Shown: in pieces, positions 53,976 through 64,000 of the stretch
Position numbering within the stretch: the stretch's first letter is position 1
How the letters are laid out: each line of letters starts with the position of its first letter
From: an uncultured Actinomycetes bacterium
GTDB lineage: Bacteria > Actinomycetota > Thermoleophilia > UBA2241
Length of the DNA stretch: 64,000 nucleotides
Assembly (NCBI GenBank): GCA_963709345.1
Contig: CAVPVX010000001.1
Location: 390,418-454,417 of the forward strand
Direction: 5' to 3'
Notes under the pieces: generated by a model
Told to the model about the DNA's origin: nothing
The model's database searches: none
What the model saw: only the letters and a program-made list of their open reading frames with translations
Position numbers and translations under genes: made by a program

Positions 53976-54563
53976 ATGCCGCTGATCGAACGCGACGATT
54001 CCATCCTCATCGTCATCGATCTGCAGCCCGAGTTCTGGAACGACAGGCTGGACAAGGCTGACGCGGCGCAGGTCGGTGTGGCGGCCGCTCGTGCCTCGTG
54101 GCTGGCGGGGACGGCGATCGCCCTGGGCGTGCCGGCTGTGCTGACCGAGGAGGACCCTGCGCGCAACGGGCCGACGGCGGGGGGCGTGCTGCTCGCCGTC
54201 GGCCGCAGGGCGCCGGTGTTCACCAAGCCGGTCTTCGATCTTGCCGCTTGCCCGGACATCAGGGCGGCGATCAAGGCTACCGGCCGCCGGACGGCCGTCC
54301 TCTGCGGCTTCGAGACCGACGTCTGCGTGACGCACTCAGCCGCCGGCCTCGCAGAGGCCGGCTATCGCGTCGTGGTGGCCGCCGACGCCGTTTTCACGCC
54401 GGCGGGCGCGCAGGCCTACGGCCTCGCCCGCCTGCGCGATCTCGGCGTCGAGCTCGTCCACTGCAAGGGCGTCTACTACGACTGGGTGCGGACGCTCGAG
54501 GCGGCTCTCGCCTTCGAGCGGGAGCATCCCGAACTCGCCGAGCCGCCCGGGTTCTGGGTCTAG
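53976..54563 (+). CDS. Isochorismatase-family hydrolase
   Basis: LIVIDLQ, FTKPVF and GFETDVCV. Confidence 0.85.
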   Translation: MPLIERDDSILIVIDLQPEFWNDRLDKADAAQVGVAAARASWLAGTAIALGVPAVLTEEDPARNGPTAGGVLLAVGRRAPVFTKPVFDLAACPDIRAAIKATGRRTAVLCGFETDVCVTHSAAGLAEAGYRVVVAADAVFTPAGAQAYGLARLRDLGVELVHCKGVYYDWVRTLEAALAFEREHPELAEPPGFWV

Positions 54564-54604
54564 CGCGGCGACGACCTGCGAGGCGGCCGAAGGAGGGAGC
54601 GAAG

Positions 54605-56097
54605 ATGGTGGACCGGATGAGCCAGGCGAGGGCGTGGAACGGCGACGCGACACGCGCTGCAGTCTTCTGGCAAGGTGGCGACCCGCGCTGGAATACGGTC
54701 GACATCTTGCCGCTGACGACCACCGAACGCGCCGACGTGTGCATCGTCGGCGGCGGGTTCACCGGCCTGTGGACCGCCCTGTCCGTGAAGCGACTCTCAC
54801 CCGGGACGGATGTCGTGCTCATCGAGCGCGAGTACTGCGGAGCCGGCGCCAGCGGGCGCAACGGCGGTTGGGTGAACGGCTGGGACGACATCATGCCCGC
54901 GCTCATCTCACGGTTCGGCCGCGACGCCGGGCTGTGGCTGGTCGACGCCTCCCGGCGCAGCCTCGACGACATCCGCGAGACGGTACGGGACGGCGACATC
55001 GACTGCGACCTCTCGTTCACGGGCGGCCTGACCGTGGCGCTTTCCCCGGCCCAGGTCGACGGCATCCTCGAGCCTGCTCTTCTGGCCCGCGAGCTCGGTC
55101 GCGACGACCTCTTCCGCGTCCTCGACAGGGACGAGGCCCGTGCCTTGTCGGGGTCGCCGGCGGCCGAGGCCGGGGCGCTGATCCTGCAGGCCGGCAGCGT
55201 CCAGCCGGCGTTGCTGGTGCAGGGCCTGCGCCGGCTGGTCGTCGCGGCCGGCGTGCGCGTCTACGAGGCAACGCCGATGGCCGGCCTGCAGCGCACGCTG
55301 CCCGCCGTCGTCAAGACCCCGTCCGGGAGCGTTACCGCCGACAGGGTGGTCCTCGCCTCCGGCGCCCGGCTCGGCCTGGTGCCGGAGCTGCGCCGAACCA
55401 TCTTCATCATCCCCTCGCACGTGGTCGCGACGGCGAGCTGCAGGAGGCTCTGGACCGCCTGGGCTGGGTGCATGGCCGTCCCTTCTCGGACGGGCGCACC
55501 GCCGTGCACTACGCCCAGCGCACGGCCGACGACCGCGTCGTCTTCGGCCGCGGTGGCGGCCGCCTCGGCTACGGCGGCCGCATCATCCCCGCCCACTTCC
55601 ACGATCTCCGCGAGATAGAGGGCGTCGTCGCGGACATGCGCGGGATGCTGCCGGCCACTCGCGACCTCGCGGTCGAGTGGCGCTGGGGCGGGCCCCTCGA
55701 GCGCACTCAGCACGGCATTCCCTGGGTCGGCACCCTGGGCGCGTACCGCAACGTCCACTACGGCCTGGGCTACTCCGGCAACGGCGTCTCAGCCTCCAAC
55801 CTCATCGGCCGCACCCTGGCCTCGGTCGTCCTGGGGCTCGACGACGACTTCGCGCAGTCGCCGCTGGTCTCGGAGCCGCCGACCTACCTGCCGCCGGAGC
55901 CCATCCGCTCGGTCGGCGCGCGCGCGGTGCGCAGCGCCATCGAGCGCTGTGAGGTGATGGAGGATGAGGGTCGCAGGCCCGACCCGGTCTCGCGCGCGCT
56001 GCGGCGCTGCCTCGGTATCTCGATGCCGAAGGGCGTCACGCTGTGGCGCCGGATGAGATGGACTGATCTCGGCGGATCGGACGGGAGGCGGCTGTAG
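54605..56097 (+). CDS. FAD-dependent oxidoreductase (DAO/PuuB-like amine oxidase), frameshift near 55440
   Basis: IVGGGFTGLWTA, GASGRNGG and VQPA; the C-terminal WGGP and GYSGNGV motifs are in a second frame. Confidence 0.85.
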
Positions 56098-57012
56098 CCG
56101 ATGACCGGGCACGGCACGCCGACGACCTCGTGCCGGGCACCGATCCACGCAGGGCGTCTCGAGGCGGCGAGGTCGTCGTCCCCGTTGCCGTCGAAGGGCA
56201 CGATCAGCGCGCCGTTGGCGAAGTACGAGTCGAGGAGGTTCTCGACGATCGGCATGTCGCCGATCAGCGACCGGCGCGCTCCGCCGGCGGACCCGGTCAC
56301 CTCGAGGTTCCGGCCGTGGGCGTCGGCGAGTATGCAGCCGGCGGCGGTTCTGCCGGGTTCTCGAAGTCGGCGCTGCGGGTCACGACCCGTGGAGCAGCAG
56401 CCTGCCGGCCGACGAACGCGCCGACGCCGTCCACATGCCAGTCGGTGTCGGGTCCTTGTCAAGGCCCAGTCCTGCGATGAGCCAGATGACCTTCTCCGCA
56501 CCGAGGTAGTCCTTGAGTATCCGCGTCATCTCATCCTCGGTTGGCCGGGTTGCGCGAGGATGCAGCAGGCAGCTCCAGTGGTGACCAGCGTGCCTCGCCG
56601 TCGATGGTGATGCCGCCTTCCCGAGGACCATCGAGGCGGCGAAGCGCTCCACGCCGAAGCGCTCGGCGAGCCGGCGGCCGACGGCGGCATCGTTGTCGTA
56701 GGGCGGGCATTCCGCCCGGGGAGTTGAAGGCGTAGTCGCTGACGGCAGCGTGCCGTCAGGCGCGTGACGAAGATCGGCCAGCTGGCGCGGAGCCACGAGT
56801 CGTCGATCGGCATCTAGACGACCTCGATGTCGCGGCCGCGTGGTTCGCCCATCGCCCGCACGTAGTGCTCGCCCAGACGGAGCGGATGCGATCCGGGTGG
56901 GCCAGCCCATGATGCGAGCGCCGTGCGGCTCCCATCGGCCGGCATGCGGCAGCCGAGCGAGGACGGGGTGGCCGTGCGGCCTTCGGTGCCGGAGTCGGCG
57001 GCTCTGGATACG
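56094..57012 (-). pseudogene. Agmatine deiminase (AguA) remnant or error-riddled gene
   Basis: Pieces in shifting frames: RMPA(E)WEPH..MGWP, YDNDA, LKDYLGAEKVIWL, DAHGRNLEV, ANGALIVP; the C-terminal GGG-HC motif was not found. Confidence 0.7.
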
Positions 57013-57289
57013 TGGGCTCCTCTTGTCGGGGTCGAGCGGCGCTGGAGGCCTGCGCTCGCGCGTCCGGGTGCGCACGCGCCTGGTGGACATCGATCCACGG
57101 ACGACGTCAGACTACCCTGCCACGGGTGGATCCACGTCGTCGAGAAATCGGCCGGGTTGCGCTGCAGGCGATGTGGTCGGCCGTTCAGCCGAGCCCGCGG
57201 CGAAACGCGGCCAGCAAGTCGAGGAGCTTCTCCCTGGCCGGGCTCGGCGGGACGAGCAGGGTGACGGTCAGTGCGTATGCCCGACCGGC

Positions 57290-58140
57290 CCGGTGCGAGC
57301 GCTCGTCAGCACGCTCGCGGCGTCACGCCCGTCGGACGCCGAGCTCACCCCTCGCTCGCCGCCGATACCGCTGCGACGGCGGCGCCGACGACCTGGCTGT
57401 CGCGGACGATGAGGCATGATTGCGCCGCGAAAAGGTCGCAGGCGAGTCGCGCGACGGGGCCGCCAATCGCCTGCTCGCGCAGGTCGCCGAGGTCGGCGAT
57501 GCGGTCGGCGAGGTCTTCGAGCCGCGTCGGAAGAACGACAGCTGCGTCGCCGGCGCGCGTCGCGTCACGGTACATCTCAACGTTGCGTATGGCGACCGCG
57601 GCGCTGCCGGCCAGCGCTCTCATGAGGCGCAACTCCTGCGGGGAGTAGAAGCGAGGCCGGTCCGAGTCGACTGCCTCCAGAACGCCGATCGCATCATCGC
57701 CGACGACAGCGGCACGATCGAGCACGCTCTGATCCTCGTAGCGGCGCAGCAGTCGGACCTCGGCGGGGTCGGCGTCGCGGTCATCGCACATTGACGACGA
57801 CAGTTCCCCCCTTCCAGCACACGGCGCGTGAGCGGATAGTCCTCGATGTCGACGGCCGTGGTCGACGGCAGGCGCTGCCGCTCGCGTCGTTCTACGCGAG
57901 GACGTGCACACTTCCGGCGGCCGCATCGTAGCCGCTGATCGCACACGTACTGCAGTCGCAGAGGCGCGTGACGTGACGGCGATCGTCGCGAGGAGCTCCT
58001 GCCGGTCAGAGCATGCCGGCCAGGTCGATGAGCACTTGCGCCAGTGTGTCGTCTTCCCGCTCGCGTGCCAGTTGCCTGGAGCCGGCCGTTCCCGCCGATG
58101 GCTCTTCTCAGCTCATCGATGTCGTCCCGTGCGATTGCGC
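57290..58140 (-). pseudogene. GAF-domain gene fragments
   Basis: DIEDYPLTRRVL and IGVLEAVDSDRPRFYSPQELRLMRALAGSAAVAIRN; several frameshifts; boundaries approximate. Confidence 0.55.
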
Positions 58141-58575
58141 CGGTGGCCGCCGGCAGCGCGCTCGCACGGGAGACCCCGTCGCCGTCCAGCGGCGGACGGT
58201 GTTCGGCGTCACGCCGAGCGTCCGGGCGGCTTGCCGACGGTCGATGCATGGAGCGCCCCCAGGGCCGTGCTCCTGCCCGCCGATTCCCGAGTCGCGGTAG
58301 ATTCGCAGGAGGCTTCACTCGGTCCACCTCAGAACCGGTCACGCGTCGACCACCGGTGATCCGGTGCTCGAGAGGGCCTACATCGGGGGAGGCCACCGAC
58401 CAAACAATGCGAATTCTCTCGGGGATGGATCGAATGCCGATGGACTCTCCGGAGCGGGATACGGCGCGGCCGAGGTAGACTCGTCCGGGCCGGGACCCGC
58501 CGGGCCTGTCGAGGCATGTGCTCGCACCTGCTCGATTCACGGAGCTGGTGCGTGCCGGCGTGATGAGGAGGCGGT

Positions 58576-59973
58576 ATGAACGAGGCGCATCTGACAATCT
58601 CGGACGCGGCCGCCTGTCGGCGTGTGCATGAGGCGATGCTGCAGGTGCTCTCCGAGACGGGATCGACGTGCACTACGCGCCGGCCGTCAGATCCTCGCCG
58701 GGGCCGGTGCACAGGTGGACGGGGCGCGGGTGCGCATCCCGCTGAGCTGGTCGGTGCGGCGCTCGAGAGCGCGTCGCGCGACTGGACCATCAAGTCGCGC
58801 GGCGGCGAGACCAGCGCGCTCGTGCTCGACGCCGGCCAGCACCCACTGCGGCACTCGGTCGGACATCCTGGTACGTCTGCGACCCGGACACCGGTGAGCG
58901 CCGCCGCGTCCGCCGCGCCGACGTCGAGGGCATGGCGGCCTCTGCCGAAGCTGCCCAACATCGACTCCGTCATGAGCATGGGCCTGCCGGAAGATGCTCC
59001 GCAGGCGATTCGACGACCTCGTGCAGGTGGACGCCATGCCGCGGGCACGCGCAAGCCGCTCATCGTGGCGCCCCGCGACGGGCACATCCTCCGAGGATGC
59101 GGAGATGGCGGCGCTCGCCGGCGCAGGGCGGGGAGCTCCGCCATCTACGCCATGCCCGTGCCGCCGCTCCTCGACGAGGACGGCGCCAGCAAGGTGATCG
59201 CCTGCGCCGAGCTCGGCATCCCGCTCGTCTGGGCGCCGCGCCGAACGCTCGGCACCACGGCGCCGGCCAGCGTGGCCGCCGTCATCGTGGTCGCCAACGC
59301 CGAGGTCCTCGCCGGCCTCGTTCTGAGCCAGGGTCAAACCCGGTGCGCCGTTTCGTCTGGGCGTCGGGGTTGGTGCGATCAACATGCGGACGATGAACGA
59401 AGTGTATTCGCTCGCGACGCTTCCGCGGCGACCAGGCGCAGACGACCTGGCGGCGGTACGATGTCGAGCTTCGCCTACGCGGCGCACACCGACAGCAAGC
59501 TGCTGGACGAGCAGTGGAGCGCGGAGGCGGCTTTGACGGCGATCCTCGGCAAGCTCAGCCGCGGGACGCTGTTGCACGACGTCGGTTACCTCGAGTGCGG
59601 GTTGCAGAGCAGCGACGAGTCGATCGTCTTCGGTGACCACCTGCTCGGCTGGGCGAAGGCGTTCATGGCGCCGCTACCTGTGGACGACGAGGCGCTGGCG
59701 CTGGACGAGATCGAGGCGGTAGGGCCGGGCGGCAACCACCTGGCCCGGCCCTACACGCGCAAGCACTTCCGCAAGATCTGGCAGAGCGACTTCCTGGACA
59801 CGACGCGGCACGACGCCTGGGAGGCGGACGGGTCAAAGACGCTGCTCGACCGCCTGCGGGCGCGAGTCGCGGAGCTGCGCTCCGAGCCGCGTGCCTTCGA
59901 GTTGCCGGATGACGTCACGGCGGGCCTCGACCGGATCCTTGCGGACGTCGAGGCCCGGCGGCCGGGGGGCTGA
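58576..59973 (+). CDS. MttB-superfamily methyltransferase, non-pyrrolysine (multiple compensating indels)
   Basis: LQVLSETG, APASVAA..NAEVLAGL, AAHTDSKLLDEQ, LLHDVGYLE and VGPGGNHL; intervening segments are garbled. Confidence 0.78.
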   Translation: MNEAHLTISDAAACRRVHEAMLQVLSETGSTCTTRRPSDPRRGRCTGGRGAGAHPAELVGAALESASRDWTIKSRGGETSALVLDAGQHPLRHSVGHPGTSATRTPVSAAASAAPTSRAWRPLPKLPNIDSVMSMGLPEDAPQAIRRPRAGGRHAAGTRKPLIVAPRDGHILRGCGDGGARRRRAGSSAIYAMPVPPLLDEDGASKVIACAELGIPLVWAPRRTLGTTAPASVAAVIVVANAEVLAGLVLSQGQTRCAVSSGRRGWCDQHADDERSVFARDASAATRRRRPGGGTMSSFAYAAHTDSKLLDEQWSAEAALTAILGKLSRGTLLHDVGYLECGLQSSDESIVFGDHLLGWAKAFMAPLPVDDEALALDEIEAVGPGGNHLARPYTRKHFRKIWQSDFLDTTRHDAWEADGSKTLLDRLRARVAELRSEPRAFELPDDVTAGLDRILADVEARRPGG

Positions 59974-60027
59974 CCGGCCAAGTCGGCCCCCCGCGAGGGC
60001 GTTCGCGAGGGGCCGCGCCGTGACGGC

Positions 60028-60701
60028 TCAGCTGCCTCCGGCTCTCCCGCGACCGAAGCGGCCCCGCTCCAGGACCATGTCGATGTAGTCGTCGCAGAGC
60101 GCGAGCGCATCGTCGACACTGAAGTCCGTCGCCGCCATCAGCAATTCGATCCAGGCTCCGTCCGCGAGGGCCACGAGCCCGATCCCGGCCTTGCGGGGAT
60201 CGATGTCCAGGCCGAACTCTGCTGCGCCGCCTCGCGGAAGAGCTCGCTGTACCGCTCGCGCTCGTCGGCGTACACACGCTCGTTGATCTCCTTGAGGTCC
60301 GGGTCGCCGAGGGCTGCCTGCCAGAACCCGAACCAGGCGTGAGCCCGTTCAGGCGCCGCCAGCTCCTCACGGAAGTCCGTGGCGACGATCGCGCGTAGCG
60401 TCGCCACCGGATCGTCGTCCTCCGCCGGGCCGGCTGTGAACGCCGCCCGCTGCCCGTCCGCGAGGCGCTGGAACGCCTCGAGGAGGAGCCGACGCTTGCT
60501 GCCGAAGTGGTGCCGCACCAGGCCGCGGGACACCCCGGCGGCGTCGGTGATCCTCTCGATGGAACGCTGGCTGTAGTTGGCCATGCACAGGATCGTCGCC
60601 TCGATGAGCCTGTCTTTTGACGCGGCCGCGCTGAGCTGACGCCTGTTCTGTTGCGGCTGCAGGCTCCTCGTGGGCTGCTCTGTGGAGTGCGCTCGGTCCA
60701 T
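60028..60701 (-). CDS. TetR-family regulator, BetI-like; frameshift near 60220
   Basis: ITDAAGVSRGLVRHHFGSK HTH, AWFGFW, and LVALADGAWIE in the shifted frame. Confidence 0.8.
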
Positions 60702-60726
60702 CGCGTCGCAGCGTACCATGGAGCTC

Positions 60727-60756
60727 TTGACGCAGACCAGACTGGCTTGCTATATG
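60727..60756 (+). promoter_or_regulatory. Putative promoter of the second Pyl-mttB operon
   Basis: TTGACG-N18-TATATG with a short CCAGACTGG palindrome in the spacer; divergent from the TetR gene. Confidence 0.45.
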
Positions 60757-60793
60757 TAGAGACAGCCGAAACCATCCGGGGGAGGTGGGTCCA

Positions 60794-62283
60794 TTGAAAC
60801 GACGTGCCCACGTGGGACTGTACGCGCCAGCGGAGGCTTCAGCTCGATGCCTTCACCGACGACGAGTTCAGGGACCTCCACGTCGCGACTCTGGAGGTCC
60901 TCGAGCAGACTGGCGTCTTCACCATCTACGACCCCGAGGCGCTGGACATCTTCGAGTCCGGCGGCGCGATCGTCGATCGTGCGACCGGGGTCGTGAGGAT
61001 TCCGCCGCGGCTCGTCGAGGCGGCGCTCGACTCGTCGCCGGAGCGCATCCTGGCCGCCGGTCGCAGCCCCAAGGACGACATCATGCTCGATGCCGGGCGC
61101 GTCGGCTTCACGACGTTCGGCGAGGGCATCAGCATCGTCGACCTCGAGACCGGCGAGATGCGTGAGCCGACCAAGCAGGACGTCGCCGACACCGCGCGAG
61201 TCGCCGACTACCTGGACGAACTGGACACGTACGAGATCGCCGTCGGAGCTCACGACATGCCGACCGCGACGGCGACCATCCACAGCTACGAGGCGGCGCT
61301 GCTCAGCACGCAGTAAGCACATCTGCGCCGGCCCGCTCTCCCGCTGGGAGGCCGAGACGATACTCGACATCGCCGCCGCCGTCGTGGGTGACCGGGAGGC
61401 TCTGCGGCGGCGTCCGATGGTGATGATCGGAGTATGTCCGGTGAGTCCGCTGAAGCTCCCCAAGGAGTGCTCGGAGGCGATCGTCTCGGCCGCGCGCGCC
61501 GGCGTCCCCTGTCTGGTGCTCTCGATGGCGATGGCCGGTGGCTCGGCCCCCGTCAATCTCGCCGGTACACTCGTCGTCCACAACGCTGAGGTGCTCGCCG
61601 GAATCACGCTGGCGCAGCTCACGAGCCCAGGCACGCCGATGCTCTACGGCAGCTCGACGACGGCCATGGACCTGCGCCTCGCGGCGGCCTCCGTCGGCTC
61701 GCCGGAGTGTGGCGTCATCAGCGCCGCCGCAGCCGCCATCGCGCGACGGTATCGCCTGCCCAGCTACGTGGCCGGGTTGTAGGGCGACTCCAAGCTCTTC
61801 GACGCTCAGACCGGTCACGAGAAGACGCTGACCGCGCTGCTGCCGGCGTTGGCAGGTGCCAACCTGATCTACGGCGCGGGGATGATCGAGTCGGGTGTCG
61901 CGTTCGATTTCGGCCAGCTCGTCATGGACAACGAGTTCGCCCGGATGATCAAGCACGCGGTCATGGGTGTCCCGGTGGACGACGAGCGGCTCGGCGTGGA
62001 CGACATCGCGCAGGTGGGCCCCTTCGGGGACTTCCTCAGCCTGGACTCCACACTCAAGTTCATGCGCAGCCAGTCCCAGCCGAAGCTGATCGACCGCAGG
62101 GTGCGGGAGGACTGGGCCGCCGCCGGCGGCAAGGACTTGCATCAGCGCGCGCTGGAGGAGGCGCGCCGCATCCTCGCGACGCACGTGCCGGAGCCGCTGC
62201 CCGACGACGTCGTGCGCAAGATCCGCGAGATCGTGGACGCGGCCGACGCCGCTGCGGCAGTAAGAAGTCCACAATGCACCTGA
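60794..62283 (+). CDS. mttB: Second pyrrolysine-type trimethylamine methyltransferase; in-frame TAG at 61780-61782; indels near 60825 and 61310
   Basis: [46 protein letters not shown] in one frame; clear paralogue of 52173-53642; GGAGG followed by TTG start. Confidence 0.88.
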
Positions 62284-63700
62284 AGTTCGGGTGCCTTTCG
62301 GCCGCCGAGAAGGACGCGCTGCACCAGCGCGTCCTGTACGTGCTCGAGCACGTGGGCATCGGCGTGGAGTCCACCGTCGCCCTGGACCTCCTCGCCGACG
62401 CGGGCGCCCACGTCGACAGGGTAGCGCCGCACCGCGACCCTGCCCCCAGAGCTGGTCGAGAGCTGTCTGGAGAAGGCTCCCGGGAGCGTGCGGCTCGCGG
62501 CCCGCGACGCGGCTCACGACCTGCTCGTCGGCGCCGGCTCGCCGCTGGCCTGCTGCACGGACGGCATGGTGATGACGGTCCTGGACGACGTGACCGACGC
62601 GGTGCGTGACGCTACGCGCGACGACCTCGCCTACTTCTACGGCCTCTTCGACGCTCTTGACGACCTCGACTTCATCTGGACCTCGCTGACGTTGGGTGAG
62701 CTCGATGCGCCGACGGTGGGCCTCGAGACCGATCTCATCGCCCTGGAGTCCACCTCCAAACACGTGCAGAGCGTCGTGGCGCACTCGCCGGAGCAGGTGC
62801 CACCCCTTCTGGAGATGTTGGAGGCGATCGCGGGGGCGCCGATGCACGAGCGGCCGATCTACTCCTCGCTGCACTGCCCCGTGTCGCCGCTGCGGTTCGA
62901 GGGCGACAAGCTCGAGGCCTCAATCGAGCTCGCGCGCCACGGGGTACCGATCCTCGTCCATCCCCTGCCGCTGATGGGCACCACGGCTCCTCTGAGCGTC
63001 CTGGTACTACCGTCATCACGCTCGCGGAGATCCTGGCCGCCGTCACCATCTTCCAGCTGGCGGCGCCGGGCTGCCCTCGATGGTGGTCGCCATCGGCGGC
63101 TCCACGCATCTGCGCACCGGCGGGTATCTCAGCGGCACGCCCGAGGTCGCGCTGATCGACATGGCGAGCCTGGCCATGACCCGTCGGTACGGCCTGCCGA
63201 GCATGAGCGCCGGCATGAGCTCGGATGCCAAGGCCGCCAACTTCCAGGCCGGCTCGGAGGGTGCTCTGACGGCGGCGACCTCCGTGCTGTGCGGCGCTTA
63301 TTCTGCCGTCGGGGCCGGGGTCGTCGACGAGGCGGTGTCCACCGCCAAGACCATCCTCGACTGCGACCTCATCGGGTCGGTCAAGCGCCTGCTCGAGCTG
63401 CCCGACACCGTGGACGACGCGTCGACCCTGATCGACGACATCGCCGCGGTCGGCCCGGGCGGTCAGTTCCTCGCGCGGCGCAGCTCTCGCGTGAACTCTC
63501 GCCGCGGTGAGATCTGGCGCGCATCCGTGTTCCAGCGTGAGGCCCCATCCGCGTATGCGGGGCGTTCCCTGGTGAGCGACGCGCTGGCGCGCGCTGAAGC
63601 AGTGCTCGCCGCGCACGTGCCGACCCCCATCCCCGACGATGCCCGCCGCGAGGCGCGCGCCGCGTTCGAGCGGTACGCGCGTGGCGCGGGCGGCCACTGA
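62274..63700 (+). CDS. MttB-superfamily methyltransferase, non-pyrrolysine (several indels)
   Basis: LYVLEHVGI, TSKHVQ, CPVSPL, GTTAP, GTPE, SAGMSSDAK and VGPGGQFL across three frames. Confidence 0.8.
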
Positions 63701-63717
63701 ACAAGGAGCACCGGAAG

Positions 63718-64000
63718 ATGGAGACGCAGTTCCCGACCCGCATGGGTGACGGCTCGCTGACCCGCTTGACGCGCAGCGAGCTGCGCGCGGAGCTCGAAGA
63801 GGGCACCTTGGCGGCGGCGAGCCGGGCCAGGGTGCCGCCGCTGTCCGCGGACGAGCTCGACCACCTGGTCGAGATCTGGGCGTCGCCGGCCAAGTTCTCC
63901 GCCGTCGACATCGGCGACGAGGTCGTGCTCACCTACGACGGCTCGGGGTCAAAGACGGTCGGCACGCGCACCCAGGACCTGCTCATCTACGAGCAGATGT
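63718..64000 (+). CDS. mtbB: Dimethylamine:corrinoid methyltransferase MtbB-like, 5' part only (runs off the window)
   Basis: AAGGAG RBS; METQFPTRMGDGSLTRLTRSELRAELEEGT...VPPLSADELDHL...SAVDIGDEVVLTYD matches the MtbB N-terminal pattern RMGDG...P.LS.DE...V..G.EV..T.D. Confidence 0.8.
   Translation, partial: METQFPTRMGDGSLTRLTRSELRAELEEGTLAAASRARVPPLSADELDHLVEIWASPAKFSAVDIGDEVVLTYDGSGSKTVGTRTQDLLIYEQM

Noticed and set aside
58421-58460. GGGGATGGATCGAAT...GGACTCT...GCGGG resembles my recollection of the 5' part of bacterial tRNA-Pyl
   Set aside because: There is no CTA anticodon loop, no D-stem partner and no 3' acceptor strand, so it cannot fold as a tRNA. It is probably chance, but a tRNA-Pyl covariance search on polished reads would settle it because the region is error-rich.

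Overview
GC-rich bacterial chromosomal window, most likely from a deep-branching, probably anaerobic actinobacterium (inferred from GC content, a BldC-like HTH, DUF721/DciA, class E sortase and corrinoid genes). It spans the replication origin: dnaA-dnaN-yaaA-recF-dciA-gyrB-gyrA on the minus strand, with two DnaA-box clusters. It also holds tRNA-Ala(CGC), trpS, a TPP riboswitch with thiT-thiN, a glycine riboswitch ahead of an aminotransferase and a GcvT-SHMT fusion, several guanidino/polyamine enzymes and a broken BldC-like/7xGAF/GGDEF/HD-GYP signalling gene. The main discovery is a methylamine-utilisation region at about 43.6-64 kb. It has six MttB-superfamily methyltransferases, a corrinoid protein and the start of an MtbB-like dimethylamine methyltransferase. 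Two mttB paralogues carry an in-frame TAG at exactly the pyrrolysine position (VAGL-TAG-xDSK...GHEKT), which implies pyrrolysine decoding, yet TAG is still used as an ordinary stop elsewhere in the window. No pyl genes are visible here. Many single-base indels (about 24.8-25.5 kb, 37.5 kb, 50.5 kb and 55-63 kb) suggest long-read consensus errors, so most frameshift calls are provisional.
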